Under the pieces are notes generated by a model. That model saw only the letters and a program-made list of their open reading frames with translations, made no database searches and was not told the origin of the DNA. The position numbers and the translations under genes were made by a program. 64,000 nt of DNA, taken from Eledone cirrhosa. Taxonomy: Eukaryota. Numbering within the stretch: the first letter of the stretch is position 1; every line of letters starts with the position of its first letter. Below, piece by piece: positions 38,167 through 53,700 of this stretch. The stretch covers positions 43,400,001 to 43,464,000 of the forward strand of contig OZ024745.1 in assembly GCA_964016885.1 (NCBI GenBank), given 5' to 3'.

Positions 38167-38432
38167 TCATACTATTCTCTGAAGAATTATTATTAGTTTA
38201 GTGTAATGAAATTTAGAGTGATAATTAACAAAATAAAAACAGTTTTACTAAGTTTTTACTTATTTATTAATCATTAAAGAAATTTTCAGAACTATACTTC
38301 TAAAAGTGGTTGACTGGGAAATTTAGTTCCAGTTAAAATTTCTGTCTATAACTAAAGGCAAAACCAAAATAGAATTTGATAAATATATACATTATACAGT
38401 TATTAAAAGGTATTGAGTGAATAGCATGGTTG

Positions 38433-38469
<37 letters not shown>

Positions 38470-38502
<33 letters not shown>

Positions 38503-39497
38503 GTTTAACGTCCATCTTCCACGCTTGCATGGGTTTGGACGGGAGTTTTCCCACTTGAGGCAAGAGTGGTTGTCTTGCTCACATAGGACTGTCTGGCATA
38601 TTTTCTATGGCTGGATGCCCTTCCAAACACCAACCACGTTTACAGTGTGGACTGGGAGGTTTTTACCGTGTTACCTACACGGCTACATTACAGCGTGGAC
38701 TGTGTGTTTTTTTGTCGTTATACCTACACAACCTCATTTGTTTCGGACTGGATGTTGTGGTACCAACATAACTTTACATTGAAAGGGGTGGTGTGGATGG
38801 GGTGGGGGTAGTGGGACGGGGGTGTATTTTTGTTAGAGGTGCCTACTGACTGTAGTAGGTTTCACTTTGTACTTAGGTAAGGCGGGTCTTCTGTATTACT
38901 GTGTAGCGCCAAAGATCTCGATCCAGTGACATTGTCTTGGAGAGGTGTAAGTGTGTGAGGTCGGAATTTATCAAGTCATGCCAGGTTTTTCTGGGTCTGC
39001 CTACTCCGTGGCTACCGTCTATTTTTATTGCCCTGCACTTTTTTATACAGCTGTTGTCTTTCTTGCGCATCACGTGACCGTACCAACGTAGTCTTCTCTC
39101 GAGTAAACAACATCTGATCCCTCTTATTTCTAATTTTCCCCTTAGTTCGTTTATGCTTTGCTGTTCTCGTATATTACTATTACATATCCAGCGGAGCATG
39201 CAAGCTTCGTTCCTCTCCAGTCTGCGTATATCCTCTGCACGCAATGTCCAGGTCTTACTGCCATGTAACATTGCTGTTCGTATGCAGGCATCATACAACC
39301 TGCCTTTCATATTTAGAGAGAAGCCTTTAGCGGTTAATAGTGGTATAAGCTCTCTGAACTTTTTCCATCCAGTTCTGACTCTAGCTACTGTACTTTCAGA
39401 GCACCCTCCACCACTGCTGATTTTGTCACCCAAGTAACGGAAGGTGTCCACTATTTCTATAAAACCATCTGTGCAATGGAATGAGCTAGTATTCTGT
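38470..39497 (-). mobile_element. 5'-truncated RTE LINE, diverged relative of 1939-5463
   Basis: 192-aa ORF 38873-39451 is highly similar to the C-terminus of the intact ORF; 3' UTR and (TGA)n tail; flanked by (TA)n on both sides. Confidence 0.93.
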
Positions 39498-39819
39498 ATA
39501 TATATATATAGGCCTTGTAAAAACTTAGTGGCTATTATATTACGCCATCATGGCACTGTCACTAGTTGGTCATAGTCCCAACTAAAGCACATTCTCTTCT
39601 CTTTGGTGTTTTGGGGAGCTCAAGAGAAGGGAGATATGTATGAAGTTATGGGTGTCTGGCAAGTGATGATTTGATAGGGTGATGAGTAAGAGGAAGGATG
39701 TGACTGATAGTATAGTGGAAGAGGGGATATAATGGTGGGGTGTGTGGATGGTGCAGTCAATAACATTGTGGGTGTAGTGATAGAGAAAATAACTAAAATG
39801 TGTTACATTAGAGAATTAT

Positions 39820-40009
39820 TTAACCCTTTAGCATTTACATTAGTCTACTATTATATTTTCATGGTAAATACTTTATCTCACATATGGAATCCACGAGATT
39901 TTGATATGATTTATTATGCCAGTATGAATGGCCAGTTATGGCCGGTTTGAATAGAAAGAGGTGAGAAAATTCTAGCTAGATATGGTTGGTTTAAATGCTA
40001 AAGAGTTAA
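39820..40009. mobile_element. piggyBac-type MITE
   Basis: TTAA ccctttagcattta ... taaatgctaaagag TTAA. Confidence 0.82.
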
Positions 40010-40040
40010 AGATATAGTATTACAGAAAAATATTTAGAAA

Positions 40041-40341
40041 AATAATAATTGTTTCTACTTTTGGCACAAGGCCAGCAATTTTCCCAGTGTATTACTGGTA
40101 CTTTATTTTATCGACCCCACAAGGGTGAAAGGTAAAGTTAACCTCAGCGGGATTTGAACTCAGACCATAAAGATAATAACTGTTTCTACTTTAGGCACAA
40201 GGCCAGCAATTACCCAGTGCATTACTGGTACTTTATTTTATCGACCCCGTAAGGATGAAAGGCAAAGTCAACCTCGGCGGGATTTGAACTCAGATCGTAA
40301 AGGGACGTAACCGACCCTCTACCGATACTGCCAATCCACCA
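40041..40341 (-). mobile_element. Two tandem Nin/Deu-like SINEs (40041-40166 truncated; 40173-40341 with internal deletion)
   Basis: Two successive tgtttctacttt.ggcacaaggccagcaatt...gggatttgaactcaga units. Confidence 0.88.
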
Positions 40342-40612
40342 TAATAATAATGAGACATTTGGTGTAGTATTTTGTTAAATGATCCATCCATTGTACAGAC
40401 ATTGAAGGAGAACAGTGGTTCATGAAAGTTGGTGCAAATTATAGTTCTTCAGATAACCCTTTGTATTATACATGTGTGTAGGTGTCTGTGTGTGTCTATA
40501 TATGTACGATGTGTGTGTCTGTCTGTATATGCATTCATCTACAGTAATAGTTTGTCTGTGTGGGTGTATGTGTAACACCTTTAATCTATCTCTCACTCCC
40601 CCCTCCTCTCTG

Positions 40613-40662
<50 letters not shown>

Positions 40663-40931
40663 TATATGAACGTGTGTGTGTGTCTGTCTGTATATACTTT
40701 CATCTACAGCGATAGTTTATGTATGTGTGTGGGCGTATGTGTGTAGGCGTATGTGTGTAGGTGTCTGTAAGTGGGTGTCTGTGTTACACCCCTTATATAT
40801 ATATATATTATATATATATATGTGTGGGTGTGTGCATGATTGTGTGTGTATCTGTATATGCTTTCATCTACAGCAATAGTTGATATTTGTGTGTAGGTGT
40901 TTGTGTGTAGGCGTATGTGTAACATCTCTAA

Positions 40932-40966
<35 letters not shown>

Positions 40967-41144
40967 TGTGTGTGCCATTGTCTGTCTGTATGTTTTCATT
41001 TACAGCAATATTTTATTATTGTTTGTGGGTGTATATATGTGTGTGTATATAATACACACATATAGTATTATATTTGTAAGTGCATGAAGATATATGTCAA
41101 GGGTGTATGAATATTTGCATGTCTTGCAATAGTAAGAATCTTTA

Positions 41145-42400
<1,256 letters not shown>

Positions 42401-42406
42401 TTTATG

Positions 42407-43011
42407 TCAGGTCACCAGTTGGTGCTACTGGTAACATGTATCCCAGTACAACCTGTCTCATGGTCGGGTCGTTGGCGACTAAACTGGCAACCCCACCAAG
42501 GTTTCTTGGTGAGGAGGGTGACTTTGGACATCCTGCAGGACTAAAAACAAAACCTGTCAAAGGGCAAAGGAGCTCTTAAGAGTCAATGGCCATCCAAAAT
42601 CACCGGGAGAGATGACCCCTTAGCCTTTGTCAAGGCAGAATTCTAGGAGAAGGAAAACTCTGATATAACACCTGCAACCCTGATGGTATCCAATGATGTT
42701 GACTTGTTCTTCTTTTTGGTAAATATCATCTTGGTTAAGAGAGTGGGACTGGCTTTGTGCAGTGCCTTTGCTCACTATAAAAGCTTCACGGCACAGGCAT
42801 TGCTTTATATCTGGAGATCTCTCTGCACTTGTCGTCACATGGTACCATGGGCCCAACACTATGTGTCAATAATTGTCACAAGTGTAGTCTTTGTACCAGA
42901 GTTTTCAAGTCGCTGGCTGGACTAAAAAGTCACTCGTTCAGCGCATCAGTAGGGGTTCTCCTACATGGATATAAAGTAGTGGCCGTACTCGAAAACGAGT
43001 TGGCAGCCACC
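42407..43011 (+). mobile_element. Probable bipartite non-autonomous RTE derivative (5' UTR-like part joined to ORF 3' end)
   Basis: GC-richer island inside a TA array. ctaggagaaggaaaactctga resembles RTE 5' regions; the 3' part encodes [19 protein letters not shown] (zinc-finger-like). A related fragment lies near 18105-18185. Confidence 0.55.
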
Positions 43012-43290
43012 ATATATATATGTATATATATATATATGTATATATATATATGTATATATATATATATGTATATATATATATGTATATATATATATGTGTA
43101 TATATATATATGTATATATATATGTATATATATATATATATGTATATATATATGTATGTATATATATATGTACATATATATGTATGTATATATATATATA
43201 TGTATATGTATATATATGTATATGTATATATATGTATATGTATGTATATGTATATATATGTATATGTATATATATGTATATGTATATATA
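43012..43290. repeat. Compound (TA)n/TG microsatellite
   Basis: Direct inspection. Confidence 0.95.
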
Positions 43291-43436
43291 TTCATTCAGG
43301 TTTGAGGTTCACCACTGTATAGAGCTGGTCTATTCCGTATGGTCAATCGAATGCAATAATATAGAGAGTACTCAACGCAAGGCAGTTCAACCGTCTTTGT
43401 TTTTGTAGTTGGTGGTGCTATTACGGAGTTAAATTT

Positions 43437-43945
43437 TATAATGAAATGACAGGAGGCTGGATTTGTGTAAATCCTTGAAAGGTTTATTATACTATGATCA
43501 TTTCAATGACCGGGTTCCGTATGAATCCGGTGATATCATCCGGTGATATCATCCGGTGATATCATCCGGTGATATCATCTTCTTCTTTCTTCCCCCTTCT
43601 TCTCTCTCCTTCCTTTCTTTCTTTCTTTTACCTTGTGTCATGGGATCGACGTTAACTTATGTTCCCATCCCTTTCTGTTTTCGTTTATCTGACCGGTAGT
43701 AGCATACTATAAACTTTAGCCACGTCACTCCAGGGCGACCGGCTGAGGTTGAAGGAACAGAATAACGGTCGCCCTCGGGTCCCCGATTTTCAGCCCCATG
43801 GATTTTATCTATTACATTCACGTATTATATTTCGAATACCTGATGATATCACCGGATTCATACGGAACCCGGTCATTGAAATGATCATAGTATAATAAAC
43901 CTTTCAAGGATTTACACAAATCCAGCCTCCTGTCATTTCATTATA
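43437..43945. mobile_element. Penelope-like terminal-repeat remnant with 104-bp perfect inverted repeat
   Basis: Arms 43437-43540 and 43842-43945; 13-bp unit x4 at 43525-43576; hammerhead in the right arm. Confidence 0.7.
43836..43893 (+). ncRNA. Minimal (dimer-type) hammerhead ribozyme motif
   Basis: Stem I auac/guau; CUGAUGA 43840-43846; stem II accgg-a-uuc/gaa-c-ccggu; GAAA 43878-43881; palindromic stem III AUGAUCAU; AUA cleavage triplet ending 43889. Confidence 0.68.
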
Positions 43946-43950
43946 TTATA

Positions 43951-44046
43951 TTGACTTTGCCTTTCATCCTTACGGGGTCGATAAAATAAAGTACCAGTAA
44001 TGCACTGGGTAATTGCTGGCCTTGTGCCTAAAGTAGAAACAATTAT
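43951..44046 (+). mobile_element. 5'-truncated Nin/Deu-like SINE
   Basis: gactttgcctttcatccttacggggtcgataaaataaagtacc...gtagaaacaattat. Confidence 0.88.
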
Positions 44047-44902
44047 ATTATATGTATATATATGTATATATATATATGTATATATATATATGTATATGTA
44101 TATATATGTATATATATGTATATATATATATGTATATATATATGTATATGTATATATATATATGTATATATGTATGTATATGTATATATGTATGTGTATA
44201 TGTATATATATATGTATATATGAATATATATATATGTATGTATATGTATATATGTATATATATATGTATATATGTATATATATATGTATATGTATGTAGA
44301 TATATATATGTATGTATATGTATATATGTATATATATATGTATATGTATGTAGATATATATATGTATGTATATGTATGTATATGTATGTATATGTGTATA
44401 TGTATGTATATGTATGTATATGTATATATGTATGTATATGTATATATGTATGTATATGTATATATGTATATATGTATATATATATATATGTATATATGTA
44501 TATATGCATATATGTATGTATATGTATATATGTATCATCATCACCGTTTTACGTCCATTCTTCCACGCTAGCATGGGTTAGACGGGTTGTCCTGTTGTGG
44601 GCAGTGTCTGGTCGGCTGACCATGACTTATGGTATATATATTATATATATATATATATTATATATATACTGACCATGACTTACTATATATATATTATATA
44701 TATATATATATTATATATATACTATATATATACTGACCATGACTTACTATATATATATTATATATATATATATATTATATATATACTATATATATATATA
44801 TATAGTATATATATATAGTATATATATAATATATATATATATAATATATATATATATAGCATATATATATATAATATATATATATATAGTATATATATAT
44901 AG

Positions 44903-44936
<34 letters not shown>

Positions 44937-45095
44937 CTATATATATATATTTATTAAAATATATATACTTTAATCTGTTATTTTAATAAATATTTGCTCT
45001 ACGGTTCTTATATATTATATATTTGATATATATTTATCCTTATCGAGCCCTCTTTGTTTTTAGTCTTGAAATTTATTCTTATTAATATATATATA

Positions 45096-45126
<31 letters not shown>

Positions 45127-45445
45127 GTATATATATAATATATATATAGTATATATATATATATATATAATATATATAGTATATATATAATATATATATA
45201 TATATAATATATATATAGAGTATATATATTATATATATAGAGTATATATAATATATATATAGAGTATATATATATATAATATATATATATATATAGAGTA
45301 TATATATATATATAATATATATATAGAGTATATATAATATATATATAGAGTATATATATATATAATATATATATATATATAGAGTATATATATATATAAT
45401 ATATATATATAATATATATATATATATAGAGTATATATAATATAT

Positions 45446-45488
<43 letters not shown>

Positions 45489-45502
45489 TATATATAGAGA
45501 GT

Positions 45503-45534
<32 letters not shown>

Positions 45535-45555
45535 ATATATATATATAGAGTATAT

Positions 45556-45587
<32 letters not shown>

Positions 45588-45711
45588 ATATATATATATA
45601 TAGAGTATCTATATATAATATATATATATATAATATATATATAGAGTATATATATTATATATAGAGAGTATATATATTATATATATAGAGTATATATAAT
45701 ATATATATAGA

Positions 45712-45757
<46 letters not shown>

Positions 45758-46035
45758 TATATATATATATATAATATATATATATATATAATATATATAT
45801 ATATATAATATATATATATAGAGTATATATATATATAATATATATATATATATATAATATATATATATAGAGTATATATATATATATTAGATATATATAT
45901 ATAATATATATATATATAATATATATCTATAGTATATATATAATATATATATATATATAATATATATATATAGAGTATATATATATATATTAGATATATA
46001 TATAATATATATATATATATAATATATATATATAG

Positions 46036-46066
<31 letters not shown>

Positions 46067-46203
46067 ATATTTATATACATAGTATATATATATATATTAG
46101 ATATATATATAATATATATATATAGAGTATATATATATATATATTAGATATATATATATAATATATATATATAATATATATATATAGTATATATATAATA
46201 TAT

Positions 46204-46254
<51 letters not shown>

Positions 46255-46261
46255 TATATGG

Positions 46262-46305
<44 letters not shown>

Positions 46306-46498
46306 TATATATATAGTATATATATATATATTAGATATATATATAATATATATATATATGGTATATATATAATATATATCTATATATATATATATATATA
46401 ATATTTATATATATAGTATATATATATATATTAGATATATATATAATATATATATATAGAGTATATATATAATATATATATATATATAATATATAGAG

Positions 46499-46529
<31 letters not shown>

Positions 46530-46736
46530 ATATATAGAGTATATATATAATATATATATATATAATATATATATATAGAGTATATATATAATATATATAT
46601 ATAGAGTATATATATAATATATATATAGAGAGTATATATATAATATATATATAGAGAGTATATATATAATATATATATAGAGAGTATATATATAATATAT
46701 ATATAGAGAGTATATATATAATATATATTTAGAGAG

Positions 46737-46767
<31 letters not shown>

Positions 46768-47197
46768 ATATATATATAGAGTATATATATTATATATATA
46801 TATAATATATATATATATAGAGTATATATATAATATATATATATATAGTATATATATAATATATATATGTAGAGTATATATATAATATATATATGTAGAG
46901 TATATATATAATATTTATATATATAGTATATATATATATATATATCTATATATAATATATTTATAGTATATATCTAATATATTTATAGTATATATCTAAT
47001 ATATTTATAGTATATATCTAATATATTTATAGTTTATATCTAATATATTTATAGTATATATATAATATATATATAGTATATATATAATATATATATAGTA
47101 TATATATAATATATATATAGTATATATATAATATATATATAGTATATATATAATATATATATAGTATATATCTAATATATATATAGTATATATCTAA
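44047..47197. repeat. TA-rich compound micro/minisatellite field (includes SINE tail at 44534-44625 and a short unique island at 44950-45085)
   Basis: TATG-type units to 44533, then (TA)n punctuated by AAT, AGAGT and TCTAA. Confidence 0.93.
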
Positions 47198-49009
47198 CCC
47201 TAGATAGGAGTAACTATAGAGGCATTAAATTAATCGACCAGGTCATGAAGGTCACGGAAAAAGTAATAGCGCAACTAATCAGAGAGAGAATTGATCTAGA
47301 TGAAATGCAGTTCGGGTTTGTGTCAGGCAAAAGCACCACAGACGCTCTTTTCATAGTACGACAACTACAGGAGAAGTACCTAGCTAAAGGTAAACCCCTC
47401 TACTTAGCTTTTGTCGACCTGGAGAAAGCCTTCGACAGAGTCCCCCGCTCCATTATCTGGAGGGCTCTTAGAAAACTAGGCGTTGACGAATGGCTTGTGA
47501 GGGCTATGCAAGCCATGTATAAAGAAACAGTCAGCAAGGTTAGAATTAACAACGAATATAGTGAAGAGTTTAGCGTAAAAGTTGGCGTCCATCAGGGCTC
47601 TGTTCTCAGCCCCCTACTATTTATTATTGCCCTTCAGGCTATAACAGAGGAGTTCAAGACAGGCTGCCCATGGGAACTCCTATACGCAGACGACCTGACA
47701 CTCATAGCGGAATCAATGGCCGAGCTAGAGAAGAAATTCCAAACATGGCTGCACGGCCTAGAGTCAAAAGGACTTAAAATTAACCTGGCTAAGACCAAAG
47801 TTCTAGTTTGTAGGAAAGAAAACAAGGCGGCGGTCCCTTCTGGGAAATGGTCGTGCTCGGTATGTAGGAAAGGCGTAGGTAGAAACTCCATCTTATGTCC
47901 TAAATGCAAAGTATGGGTGCATAAAAGATGTAGTGGGATCACAGGTAAGCTAACTAAGAACATAGACTTTACATGTGGCCGGTGTTCTGGTGCAATAAGT
48001 AGCAGCAAGTGCCCACAAAATACTAGCTCTTTCAATTGCGCAGAGGGTTCTATAGAAATAGTGGACAGCTTCCGTTACCTGGGCGATAAAATCAGCAGTG
48101 GGGGAGGGTGCTCTGAAAGTACTGTAGCTAGAGTCAGAACTGGTTGGAAAAAGTTCAGAGAGCTTATACCACTATTAGCTGCTAAAGGGTTCTCCCTAAA
48201 AATGAAAGGCAGGTTGTACGATGCCTGCATACGAACAGCAATGTTGCATGGTAGTGAGACCTGGGCATTGTGTGCAGAGGATATACGCAGACTAGAGAGG
48301 AACGAAGCTTGCATGCTCCGCTGGATGTGTAACAGTAATATACGTGAACGGCAAAGCATAAACGAACTAAGGAAAAAATTAGAGATAAGAGGGATCAGAT
48401 GTTGTTTACTCGAGAGAAGGCTGCGTTGGTATGGACACGTGATGCGCATGAAAGCCGATAGCTGTATTACAAAGTGCAGGGCAATAAAGATAGACGGTAG
48501 CCACGGAATAGGCAGACCTAGAAAAACATGGGATGAGCTGATAAACTCCGACCTCACACACTTACACCTCTCCAAGACAATGTCACTGGACCGTGACCTT
48601 TGGCGGTACTCAGTAACAGAGAAGACCCGCCTTGCCAGTAGGCATCTCTAACAAAATACACCCCTCCCGCCGCCACCCTCACCCCATCCACACCACCCCG
48701 TTCTATGTAAAGTTATGTTGGTGCCGCGCCATCGAGGCCGAAACAAATGAGATCGTGTAGGTGTCACGACAAAAAAACACACAGTCCACGCTGTAATGTG
48801 GCCGTGTAGGCAACACGGTAAAAACCTCCCAGACCCACACTGTAAATGTGGTTGGTGTTAGGAAGGGCATCCAACTGTAGAAAACCTGCCAGACAGTCCT
48901 ATGCGAGCAAGACAATCACTCTTGCCTCAAGTGGGACTACCCCCGTCCAAACCCATGCAAGCGTGGAACACGGACGTTAAACGTTGATGATGATGATGAT
49001 GATGATGAT
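47198..49009 (+). mobile_element. 5'-truncated RTE LINE, near-identical to 1939-3749
   Basis: Homology starts at ccctagatagg; same 3' UTR and (TGA)n tail; candidate TSD atctaa at 47192-47197 and 49008-49013. Confidence 0.96.
47245..48651 (+). pseudogene. Truncated RTE reverse transcriptase ORF (no endonuclease)
   Basis: 468 aa, differing from the intact ORF at 4 residues I can see (W>R, I>M, K>L, V>A). Confidence 0.9.
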
Positions 49010-49457
49010 CTAATATATTTATAGTATATATATAATATATTTATAGTATATATCTAATATATATATATATAGTATATATCTAATATATATATATTTATAG
49101 TATATATCTAATATATATATAGTATATATATTTAATATATATATATTTATAGTATATATTTAATATATATATATTTATAGTATATATTTAATATATATAT
49201 ATTTATAGTATATATTTAATATATATATATTTATAGTATATATTTAATATACATATATTTATAGTATACATTTAATATATATAGTATATATCTATTATAT
49301 ATATATATATAGTATATATATAATATATTTATAGTATATATCTAATATATTTATAGTATATATCTAATATATATATATATATAGTATATATCTAATATAT
49401 TTATAGTATATATCTAATATATTTATAGTATATATCTAATATGTATATATATATATA
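49010..49457. repeat. TA-rich minisatellite (tagtatatatctaatatattta-like)
   Basis: Continues the array interrupted by the LINE at 47198. Confidence 0.93.
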
Positions 49458-49845
49458 TGCATCAGTATATGAAAATGATAAAAATTGTATACACAACACC
49501 ACCCTTCATGAGCTAAGCAGCTTTTTCTAAACCATGATAAAGATCCATTGTTGTAATATTTAGTCCACCATGTCAGGTAGTGGCAGTACCATGATAAAAC
49601 ACACCCGGTACATGCTGTGAAGTAGTTGGTATTAAAAACCATCCCAAAATGGAACATATGAATGAGATGCAGTCATCTGAACTGTCTAGCCGCAGATGCT
49701 AACAACTTGCCTAACCCATGTAAGAATGGAAAATAGATGTAAAACTGATGATAATGATAAATTGATATTTGCCCCGAAAGCTTGGCATAGCTGATTTTCA
49801 TAATGTGATAAATTGAATCATGTTCCATACATTATATTTGTCTGT

Positions 49846-50067
49846 TTATCCCTTTAGCATTTACATTACTGTATATATACTATTGTATTTTTGTGGTAAA
49901 GGCTTTATCTTACATAATCATCTCACATAATGTCGTATCTATACGATTTTGATGTTATTTATTTTGAGAACAATACCTTAACGTCAGTATGAGCGGCCAG
50001 TTACGGCTGGTTTGAACAGAAAGAGGTGAGAAAATTCTGTCCGGATACAGTTGGTTTAAAGGGTTAA
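49846..50067. mobile_element. piggyBac-type MITE
   Basis: ccctttagcattta ... taaaggg TTAA; same body as 39820-40009. Confidence 0.78.
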
Positions 50068-50743
50068 GTTACTATATTTTCACTATTACTTTTATGAACC
50101 AAATATGAATAATCTAAGCATCTGATGAAACTTGTGGTTTCTTGAAAAAAATGTAGCCAAATCTCTCTCAATTTAGAATTGACCCTTAAAAAGGGAGGGA
50201 CATTTTATATAATGTAGTTATAGATATGCAATGCTGAATAGAACGACGAGATGGTCATGGCTGGAATGCTTTTGATCATAAGTCTGCTTAATTTGCAATT
50301 TCAATTAAATAAAATGGAAAATGTGATTAAGACTGTACATGGCAATGTGGAAACAAAAAAAAAAGAAAGAAAAAGAAGGAAAAAGAATTAATCAATGAAA
50401 GAAAGGGAGAGGAGAGGGAAGCGACAGACTCTACACCTCAGTTTGAGTAGTGTTTCAGCGTAATTAAGGCTGAGCTAGGATTAAATTAAATAAAAAAATA
50501 CGAACAATTCTTTCATTTAGTAGTGAGTACTTGCTTGCAAGTTGAGCTTAGCAGAAAAGATATATTAATTATAGCATCAAATATATTAATGCTGTTGTCT
50601 AAAGAATCATATTAAGAACAGAAACCAAACTATTTTAGGCTCTTGTGAAGTACTGTGGGGCAAAGATTTGGAAAAAAAATGAAAGAAAAATCAACAAGAA
50701 ACCCACTATTGTCCAAATTAAACAACAATGAGAGAAAATATAT

Positions 50744-53700
50744 ATAGGGAACATAGCCCTGGGAACATTGTTATACAGTCCTTCTGAACAATGTAAATAG
50801 GGAACATAGCCCTGGGAACATTGTTATACAGTCCTTCTGAACAATGTAAATAGGGAACATAGCCCAAGGAACATTGCTATACAGTCCTTCTGAACAATGT
50901 TAATAGGGAACATAGCCCAAGGAACATTGCTATACAGTCCTTCTGAACAATGTAAATAGGGAACATAGCCCAAGGAACATTGCTATACAGTCCTTCTGAA
51001 CAATATAAATAGGGAACATAGCCCAAGGAACATTGCTATACAGTCCTTCTGAACAATGTAAATAGGGAACATAGCCCTGGGAACATTGTTATACAGTCCT
51101 TCTGAACAATGTAAATAGGGAACATAGCCCAAGGAACATTGCTATACAGTCCTTCTGAACAATGTTAATAGGGAACATAGCCCAAGGAACATTGCTATAC
51201 AGTCCTTCTGAACAATGTAAATAGGGAACATAGCCCAAGGAACATTGCTATACAGTCCTTCTGAACAATGTTAATAGGGAACATAGCCCAAGGAACATTG
51301 CTATACAGTCCTTCTGAACAATGTAAATAGGGAACATAGCCCAAGGAACATTGCTATACAGTCCTTCTGAACAATGTTAATAGGGAACATAGCCCAAGGA
51401 ACATTGTTATACTGTCCTTCTGAACAATGTTAATAGGGAACATAGCCCAAGGAACATTGCTATACAGTCCTTCTGAACAATGTTAATAGGGAACATAGCC
51501 CAAGGAACATTGCTATACAGTCCTTCTGAACAATGTAAATAGGGAACATAGCCCAAGGAACATTGCTATACAGTCCTTCTGAACAATGTTAATAGGGAAC
51601 ATAGCCCAAGGAACATTGTTATACTGTCCTTCTGAACAATGTTAATAGGGAACATAGCCCAAGGAACATTGCTATACAGTCCTTCTGAACAATGTTAATA
51701 GGGAACATAGCCCAAGGAACATTGCTATACAGTCCTTCTGAACAATGTTAATAGGGAACATAGCCCAAGGAACATTGTTATACTGTCCTTCTGAACAATG
51801 TTAATAGGGAACATAGTCCAAGGAACATTGCTATACAGTCCTTCTGAACAATGTTAATAGGGAACATAGCCCAAGGAACATTGCTATACAGTCCTTGTGA
51901 ACAATGTTAATAGGGAACATAGCCCAAGGAACATTGCTATACAGTTCTTCTGAACAATGTTAATAGGGAACATAGCCCAAGGAACATTGCTATACAGTTC
52001 TCCTGAACAATGTTAATAGGGAACATAGCCCAAGGAACATTGCTATACAGTCCTTCTGAACAATATTAATAGGGAACATAGCCCAAGGAACATTGCTATA
52101 CAGTCCTTCTGAACAATGTTAATAGGGAACATAGCCCAAGGAACATTGTTATACTGTCCTTCTGAACAATGTTAATAGGGAACATAGCCCAAGGAACATT
52201 GCTATACAGTCCTTCTGAACAATGTTAATAGGGAACATAGCCCAAGGAACATTGCTATACTGTCCTTCTGAACAATGTTAATAGGGAACATAGCCCAAGG
52301 AACATTGCTATACAGTCCTTCTGAACAATGTTAATAGGGAACATAGCCCAAGGAACATTGTTATACTGTCCTTCTGAACAATGTTAATAGGGAACATAGC
52401 CCAAGGAACATTGTTATACTGTCCTTCTGAACAATGTTAATAGGGAACATAGCCCAAGGAACATTGCTATACTGTCCTTCTGAACAATGTAAATAGGGAA
52501 CATAGCCCAAGGAACATTGTTATACTGTCCTTCTGAACAATGTTAATAGGGAACATAGCCCAAGGAACATTGCTATACAGTCCTTCTGAACAATGTAAAT
52601 AGGGAACATAGCCCAAGGAACATTTTTATACTGTCCTTCTGAACAATGTTAATAGGGAACATAGCCCAAGGAACATTGCTATACAGTCCTTCTGAACAAT
52701 GTAAATAGGGAACATAGCCCAAGGAACATTGCTATACTGTCCTTCTGAACAATGTTAATAGGGAACATAGCCCAAGGAACATTGTTATACAGTCCTTCTG
52801 AACAATGTTAATAGGGAACATAGCCCAAGGAACATTGTTATACAGTCCGTCTGAACAATGTAAATAGGGAACATTGCTATACAGTCCTTCTGAACAATGT
52901 TAATAGGGAACATAGCCCAAGGAACATTGCTATACAGTCCTTCTGAACAATGTTAATAGGGAACATAACCCAAGGAACATTGCTATACTGTCCTTCTGAA
53001 CAATGTAAATAGGGAACATAGCCCAAGGAACATTGTTATACAGTCCTTCTAAACAATGTTAATAGGGAACATAGCCCAAGGAACATTGCTATACTGTCCT
53101 TCTGAACAATGTTAATAGGGAACATAGCCCAAGGAACATTGTTATACTGTCTTTCTGAACAATGTAAATAGGGAACATAGCCCAAGGAACATTGCTATAC
53201 AGTCCTTCTGAACAATGTTAATAGGGAACATAGCCCAAGGAACATTGTTATACAGTCCTTCTGAACAATGTTAATAGGGAACATAGCCCAAGGAACATTG
53301 CTATACTGTCCTTCTGAACAATGTTAATAGGGAACATAGCCCAAGGAACAATGTTATACTGTCCTTCTGAACAATGTAAATAGGGAACATAGCCCAAGGA
53401 ACATTGTTATACAGTCCTTCTGAACAATGTTAATAGGGAACATAGCCCAAGGAACATTGTTATACTGTCCTTCTGAACAATGTTAATAGGGAACATAGCC
53501 CAAGGAACATTGTTATACAGTCCTTCTGAACAATGTTAATAGGGAACATAGCCCAAGGAACATTGTTATACAGTCCTTCTGAACAATGTTAATAGGGAAC
53601 ATAGCCCAAGGAACATTGCTATACTGTCCTTCTGAACAATGTTAATAGGGAACATAGCCCAAGGAACATTGTTATACAGTCCTTCTGAACAATGTTAATA

